Origin: Fidelibacterota bacterium
GTDB taxonomy: Bacteria > Fidelibacterota > Fidelibacteria > Fidelibacterales > DSDE01
Reading direction: 5' to 3'
Length of the DNA stretch: 11,305 bases
Assembly (NCBI GenBank): GCA_046735395.1
Contig: JBJKQR010000015.1
Location: forward strand, 1 to 11,305
Position numbers and translations under genes: made by a program. The notes under the pieces were generated by a model. That model did no database searches. It saw only the letters and a list, made by a program, of their open reading frames with translations, and was not told the origin of the DNA. Positions 7,561-11,305 of this stretch are shown piece by piece (positions within the stretch are counted from its first letter, which is position 1; every line of letters starts with the position of its first letter).

Positions 7561-8553
7561 ATGAATAGAAAAAAACTAATTGCAGCGCTGTTCGGACTGT
7601 TGCTGGCTGCCTCACTTGCCTCTGCCGGGGATTATACGAAAATTGCCCAAACCGGATTTCAGTTCCTGTCTGTGCTGTCCGATGCCCGTGGAACGGCTCT
7701 GGCTGGCGCTCTGACCACAGATGGTGACGGCGCCAATTCGCTGTATTATAATCCTGCCGGGATGGCACTGCAGAAAAATATGCTTGATCTGTCCTCCAGT
7801 TACAATCCCTGGCTGGCAGACATAAACTACACCCAGTTCGCCCTCTCATTCAGCCCTGCCGGCGGACGCTACGGCGTTTTCGGTGCCTCTCTGCAGAATG
7901 TGGATTATGGGCAGGTGGAAGGTACCATGCCCTGGGCCAATGACGTGGGATATATTGATACGGATGTACTAAACCCCAGTGCCATTGTGGCCGGCGTTGG
8001 CTATGCCCGCTCCCTGAGCGCCCAGTTTTCCATCGGTGCCCAGGTGAAATATGCCGCTCAGCAGTTCGGATCCATGCTGGTCCAGTTCGATGACAGTCTC
8101 GGTATTAAAAAATATACCGGCAGCACGATGGGAATCGATTTCGGAACCCTTTTCGATATCGGCTACAAAGGCATCAAGTTCGGCATGAGTGTGAGGAATT
8201 TTTCTCAGGCTGTTGTCTTCGAGGATAAGCCTACCGATCTGCCCATGACCTTCACGATGGGACTCCGGACCGATGTCTTCAGCTGGCTGGGCATTCAGCC
8301 GGCAGGACAGAATCTGCTCCTCGCTCTGGATGCGGTTCACCCGAGGTCCCATGCCGAATATATCAATATGGGATTTGAGTACAGTCTCATGAATTACCTC
8401 TACGTTCGATACGGTCTCATGCAGGGCCAGGATATCATGAAAAATAACATCGGATTCGGCCTCAATCTCAAGGGGATTGAATTTGACTACAGCTACAGTC
8501 CCATCGACAAATTTGATGATATTCAGAAATTTTCAATTCATATCAGCTTGTAA
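7561..8553 (+). CDS. PorV/PorQ-family (FadL-like) outer-membrane beta-barrel protein (330 aa)
   Basis: Family-typical N-terminus KIAQTGFQFLSVLSDARGTALAGA..NSLYYNPAGMA, plus YNPWLADI, FGMSVRNF, LPMTFTMG, NMGFEY, FDYSY and a terminal amphipathic strand. ATG 7561 is preferred over 7516 because it gives a clean signal peptide (MNRKKLIAALF..ASA/G) with GGAG at 7547-7550. Confidence 0.87.
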   Translation: MNRKKLIAALFGLLLAASLASAGDYTKIAQTGFQFLSVLSDARGTALAGALTTDGDGANSLYYNPAGMALQKNMLDLSSSYNPWLADINYTQFALSFSPAGGRYGVFGASLQNVDYGQVEGTMPWANDVGYIDTDVLNPSAIVAGVGYARSLSAQFSIGAQVKYAAQQFGSMLVQFDDSLGIKKYTGSTMGIDFGTLFDIGYKGIKFGMSVRNFSQAVVFEDKPTDLPMTFTMGLRTDVFSWLGIQPAGQNLLLALDAVHPRSHAEYINMGFEYSLMNYLYVRYGLMQGQDIMKNNIGFGLNLKGIEFDYSYSPIDKFDDIQKFSIHISL

Positions 8554-8568
8554 AGGAGTGGGAATACA

Positions 8569-9930
8569 ATGAAAATGATACTTAAAGGAATCGGCCTGGC
8601 GCTGATTCTCACTCTGGGCTTCAGCGCCTGCGAAGAGAAATCAACCCTGCCCTGGGATCCGAATAAAACACTGGGTGACAAACCTGTGATCGAATCCATC
8701 AATCCGGCGGATAAATCCTTTCAGGGACTGACAGTCATGGAAATCCACGGTCAGAACTTCTCGGATACGCTTGCCTCGAATATCGTGACATTTCAGGGAA
8801 AACCCGCCAAACTCCTGTCAGCATCCTCGACGCTGCTGACCTTTGTTACGCCTTTCTGTCTCGAATCCGACAAGAATATCAATGACTCCATCCGCATCGA
8901 TGTAGCCCGGCTCAGCAATAAAGCCGAAGCGGGCAGCTATGAGAGCGGACAGTACCTGAATACGGACGGAACACGCCGCTATTACACAGTCGAACGTCCC
9001 ACCATTGAATATGTGGATCCGGGCCTTGGGATTGAACCGACAAAACTGACTCTGGACAATTCCGGTACCGTTTACTATGCCACACAGAGCAAGGAACTGT
9101 ACAAGTACAACGCCGGCGTGGATGAAAAACCCGTGGATCTCGGTGCTGCTACAAAGCCGGTGGCAGGAATGAAATACCATTCAGACGGGTATTTATATTA
9201 TGCAGCCAACTACAAGTACATCTACAGGCACTCAGTGGATGGCGGGAAATCCGATTATAAATTCCTGAATGGATCGGAAAATACGACTCTGTCAGGAAAA
9301 ATGCTGGATCTGGATTTTTCTGAAGGTGATTATCTCTATGGAGTCGGAAGCGGCGGGTCTTCCATCTGGGCCATGAACATGGCCACCATTGATACCATTA
9401 TCGAACCGACTCAGGACTATGTGGATTTCACTCTCAATGCCACCAAGATCTTCAATGGTTATGTGTACACGTACGGTGAATATACCGGATCGGATGCTGC
9501 GGTTGCAAAATTCGCTGTCTGGAGAAGCAAGATCAATTCCGACGCGACACTGGCATCAAAGGAACTTGTAAAGGATCTGTCCTCACTGAATCCGGATAAA
9601 CTGGTCTATTCCATGTCCTTCAATTCGGATGGCGACCTCTTCCTCGGACTTTCCGAAGACAGCTTTACAAACGGTGACACCACCTATAGCAGCGGAACAG
9701 CCATGTACAGGATGGACTCAGGAACAACGGATCTGCAGGCATTTTATGATGGCGTGATTCCCGGGCCGGTTACCAGTATGGAATGGGATCCAATCGATAC
9801 CTACATTTATTATGTGAAGTGTACGGGTGACCCCACGCAGAAGAACCCGTTTGCAACAGACGATGCAAAGCGCACTGTTATGAGAATTTCGGTGACCAGC
9901 TATGGATCTGATTATTACGGCAGAAATTAG
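8569..9930 (+). CDS. Lipoprotein with IPT/TIG Ig-like domain and probable beta-propeller (453 aa)
   Basis: Lipobox FSA-C21. IPT/TIG pattern PVIESINP..MEIHGQNFS..NIVTFQG..LLSASSTLLTFVTP. Repeated blade-like segments LTLDNSGTVYY, MKYHSDGYLYY, LDFSEGDYLY and MSFNSDGDLFL. RBS AAAGGAG at 8552-8558. Confidence 0.82.
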   Translation: MKMILKGIGLALILTLGFSACEEKSTLPWDPNKTLGDKPVIESINPADKSFQGLTVMEIHGQNFSDTLASNIVTFQGKPAKLLSASSTLLTFVTPFCLESDKNINDSIRIDVARLSNKAEAGSYESGQYLNTDGTRRYYTVERPTIEYVDPGLGIEPTKLTLDNSGTVYYATQSKELYKYNAGVDEKPVDLGAATKPVAGMKYHSDGYLYYAANYKYIYRHSVDGGKSDYKFLNGSENTTLSGKMLDLDFSEGDYLYGVGSGGSSIWAMNMATIDTIIEPTQDYVDFTLNATKIFNGYVYTYGEYTGSDAAVAKFAVWRSKINSDATLASKELVKDLSSLNPDKLVYSMSFNSDGDLFLGLSEDSFTNGDTTYSSGTAMYRMDSGTTDLQAFYDGVIPGPVTSMEWDPIDTYIYYVKCTGDPTQKNPFATDDAKRTVMRISVTSYGSDYYGRN

Positions 9931-9932
9931 GT

Positions 9933-9961
9933 TTGACTTTTAGGAGTCAAGTCCATAATTT
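9933..9961 (+). promoter_or_regulatory. Candidate internal sigma70-type promoter with an overlapping inverted repeat
   Basis: TTGACT (9933-9938), a 17-nt spacer, then TAATTT (9956-9961); CATAAT (9954-9959) is an alternative -10 with a 15-nt spacer. The -35 is the left arm of a perfect TTGACT-N6-AGTCAA dyad. Confidence 0.45.
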
Positions 9962-10015
9962 TGTCGCAAATAAGTAAATAAGATGAACGAAGTAACCAAA
10001 CACAAAGGAGACGTT

Positions 10016-11305
10016 ATGAAGAAACTGTTAACGATCGTTGCGGCTGTTGTCATGACAGCAAGCCTCAGCTTCGGTGCATGGACAGGCGAAGTATGGCCTG
10101 ACACCAGCGCTGCGAACACGGGTTTTAACCTGAAGACTCTCGGGGATCCCGGTTCCGGTCACGGAATTGCCGTGGATGGCGCCGGTAATGTATGGTACTG
10201 CTCTTACTATGCAACTAAAAATGCAGTTCCCTTTGATTCTGATGGCGACGGAACAGCCGATACGACTGTTTCCTGCCGTGCAGTCCATGTGATTCAGCCC
10301 GACGGAACACCCACGTCCTTCTCGCCCATCACTGTCATTGAATGGCCGGATGCAACCACAGATACACTCTGGAACAGCCAGAGAGGTATCGGTACGACCC
10401 GCGACGGAAATGTTCTCATTTCCGAATTCGATGATCTCTTCCTCGTTGACCATACGACTGGAGCAGGTATTGCTCATATGGTTCCCACGGCCGGCGCTAC
10501 GCTGACCAAGGCCTGTGCTGCTGATGACGGAACAATCTATGTTTCCTACGTTATCGGTGGTGACGGACTGGGTATTACTGCATTCGAAGGTGACGGAACT
10601 TTCATTGATCATGTCGTTCCCGCTGTGAGTGCCTACTCCAGAACTATGGAATGTACTCCCGACGGACAGGATCTGTACTATGCTCAGTACACCGGTGCCT
10701 ACGTAGTTCATTTTCACAGTGACGATGCCATTGATGGTACATACGAAGCTGTCGATTCTATCCTGACCGGCGTTTCCGTTCAGTCCATGGGCTGGGGAAA
10801 AGGCGACGAGGCCGGTATGCTGTGGTTCGGCAGTGATGCTGCCACAACAGCTTACGGAACAGCTCTTGCAGCTGGAAACCATTACTGCCTCGATCTGAGC
10901 AGCATGACCGTCGTTGACTCTCTGGATTCACGCTGCGTCAATGCCCGCGGTATCGATTTCAGCGCTGACGGTCTGACTGCATATACCAATGATTTCGGTT
11001 CAGGCAGCACCTACATCAAAAAATGGACAAAGGGAGCCAGCGGAATCTGGGAACATTCAGCAACGATCACTGACGCTTTTGTTCTGAACAGAAACTACCC
11101 CAACCCCTTCAACCCCACGACCAACATTGATTTCACCATGAACTACGGCGGAAACGTCACCGTTCAGGTTTATGACATGACCGGCCGTCTGGTTGAAACT
11201 CTCTTCAACGGTTTTCAGGCTGAAGGACATCATACTCTGGTATGGAATGGCGCCAACTATGCTTCCGGTACTTATATCGTGAAACTGACCGGTGCTTCCA
11301 ATACC
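10016..11305 (+). CDS. Secreted beta-propeller protein with type A T9SS C-terminal sorting domain, 3' truncated (430 aa visible)
   Basis: Manual translation is open from ATG 10016 to the window end, with RBS AAAGGAG at 10004-10010. Signal peptide MKKLLTIVAAVVMTASLSFG. Blades include HGIAVDGAGNVWY, RGIGTTRDGNVLI, RTMECTPDGQDLYY and RGIDFSADGLTAY. The CTD reads FVLNRNYPNPFNPTTNIDF..VTVQVYDMTGRLVETL..WNGANYASGTYIVKL. It is absent from the ORF track because no stop lies in the window. Confidence 0.9.
   Translation, partial: MKKLLTIVAAVVMTASLSFGAWTGEVWPDTSAANTGFNLKTLGDPGSGHGIAVDGAGNVWYCSYYATKNAVPFDSDGDGTADTTVSCRAVHVIQPDGTPTSFSPITVIEWPDATTDTLWNSQRGIGTTRDGNVLISEFDDLFLVDHTTGAGIAHMVPTAGATLTKACAADDGTIYVSYVIGGDGLGITAFEGDGTFIDHVVPAVSAYSRTMECTPDGQDLYYAQYTGAYVVHFHSDDAIDGTYEAVDSILTGVSVQSMGWGKGDEAGMLWFGSDAATTAYGTALAAGNHYCLDLSSMTVVDSLDSRCVNARGIDFSADGLTAYTNDFGSGSTYIKKWTKGASGIWEHSATITDAFVLNRNYPNPFNPTTNIDFTMNYGGNVTVQVYDMTGRLVETLFNGFQAEGHHTLVWNGANYASGTYIVKLTGASNT

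Noticed and set aside
7130..10882. Remaining antisense or nested ORFs (7130-7366, 7484-7849, 7969-8352, 8818-9180, 9389-9571, 10028-10882)
   Set aside because: Shadows of plus-strand genes. The 284-aa ORF is antisense to the real gene starting at 10016.
1..11305. CRISPR arrays, tRNA/rRNA, riboswitches, IS elements
   Set aside because: No periodic repeats, cloverleaf or rRNA signatures, GC-rich structured leader or transposase motifs were seen. Short GAT and CCN runs (about 6889-6900 and 6283-6297) are just Asp and Pro codons.

Overview
This is a co-oriented (+ strand) bacterial region, most likely from a non-Bacteroidia FCB-group lineage (Marinisomatota/KSB1/Calditrichota/Ignavibacteria-like; inferred, not proven). 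It opens with the 3' end of a probable fliF and an overlapping, divergent fliG that is not followed by fliH/fliI. A 353-bp AT-rich spacer holds a near-consensus sigma70 promoter and a candidate ROK-type operator. Next comes a SusD-less, PUL-like outer-membrane cassette: a 1079-aa TonB-dependent transporter, a 760-aa secreted FN3 protein with a variant T9SS-like C-terminal domain, a small lipoprotein, a PorV/PorQ-family barrel and an IPT/TIG beta-propeller lipoprotein. A final secreted beta-propeller protein with a canonical type A T9SS CTD (10016..>11305, missing from the ORF track) probably has its own promoter. The two most interesting systems are the TBDT + CTD protein + dedicated PorV-paralogue cassette and a FliF/FliG pair that seems to have lost its FliM-binding and switching motifs. 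All calls come from manual motif reading; no searches were run.
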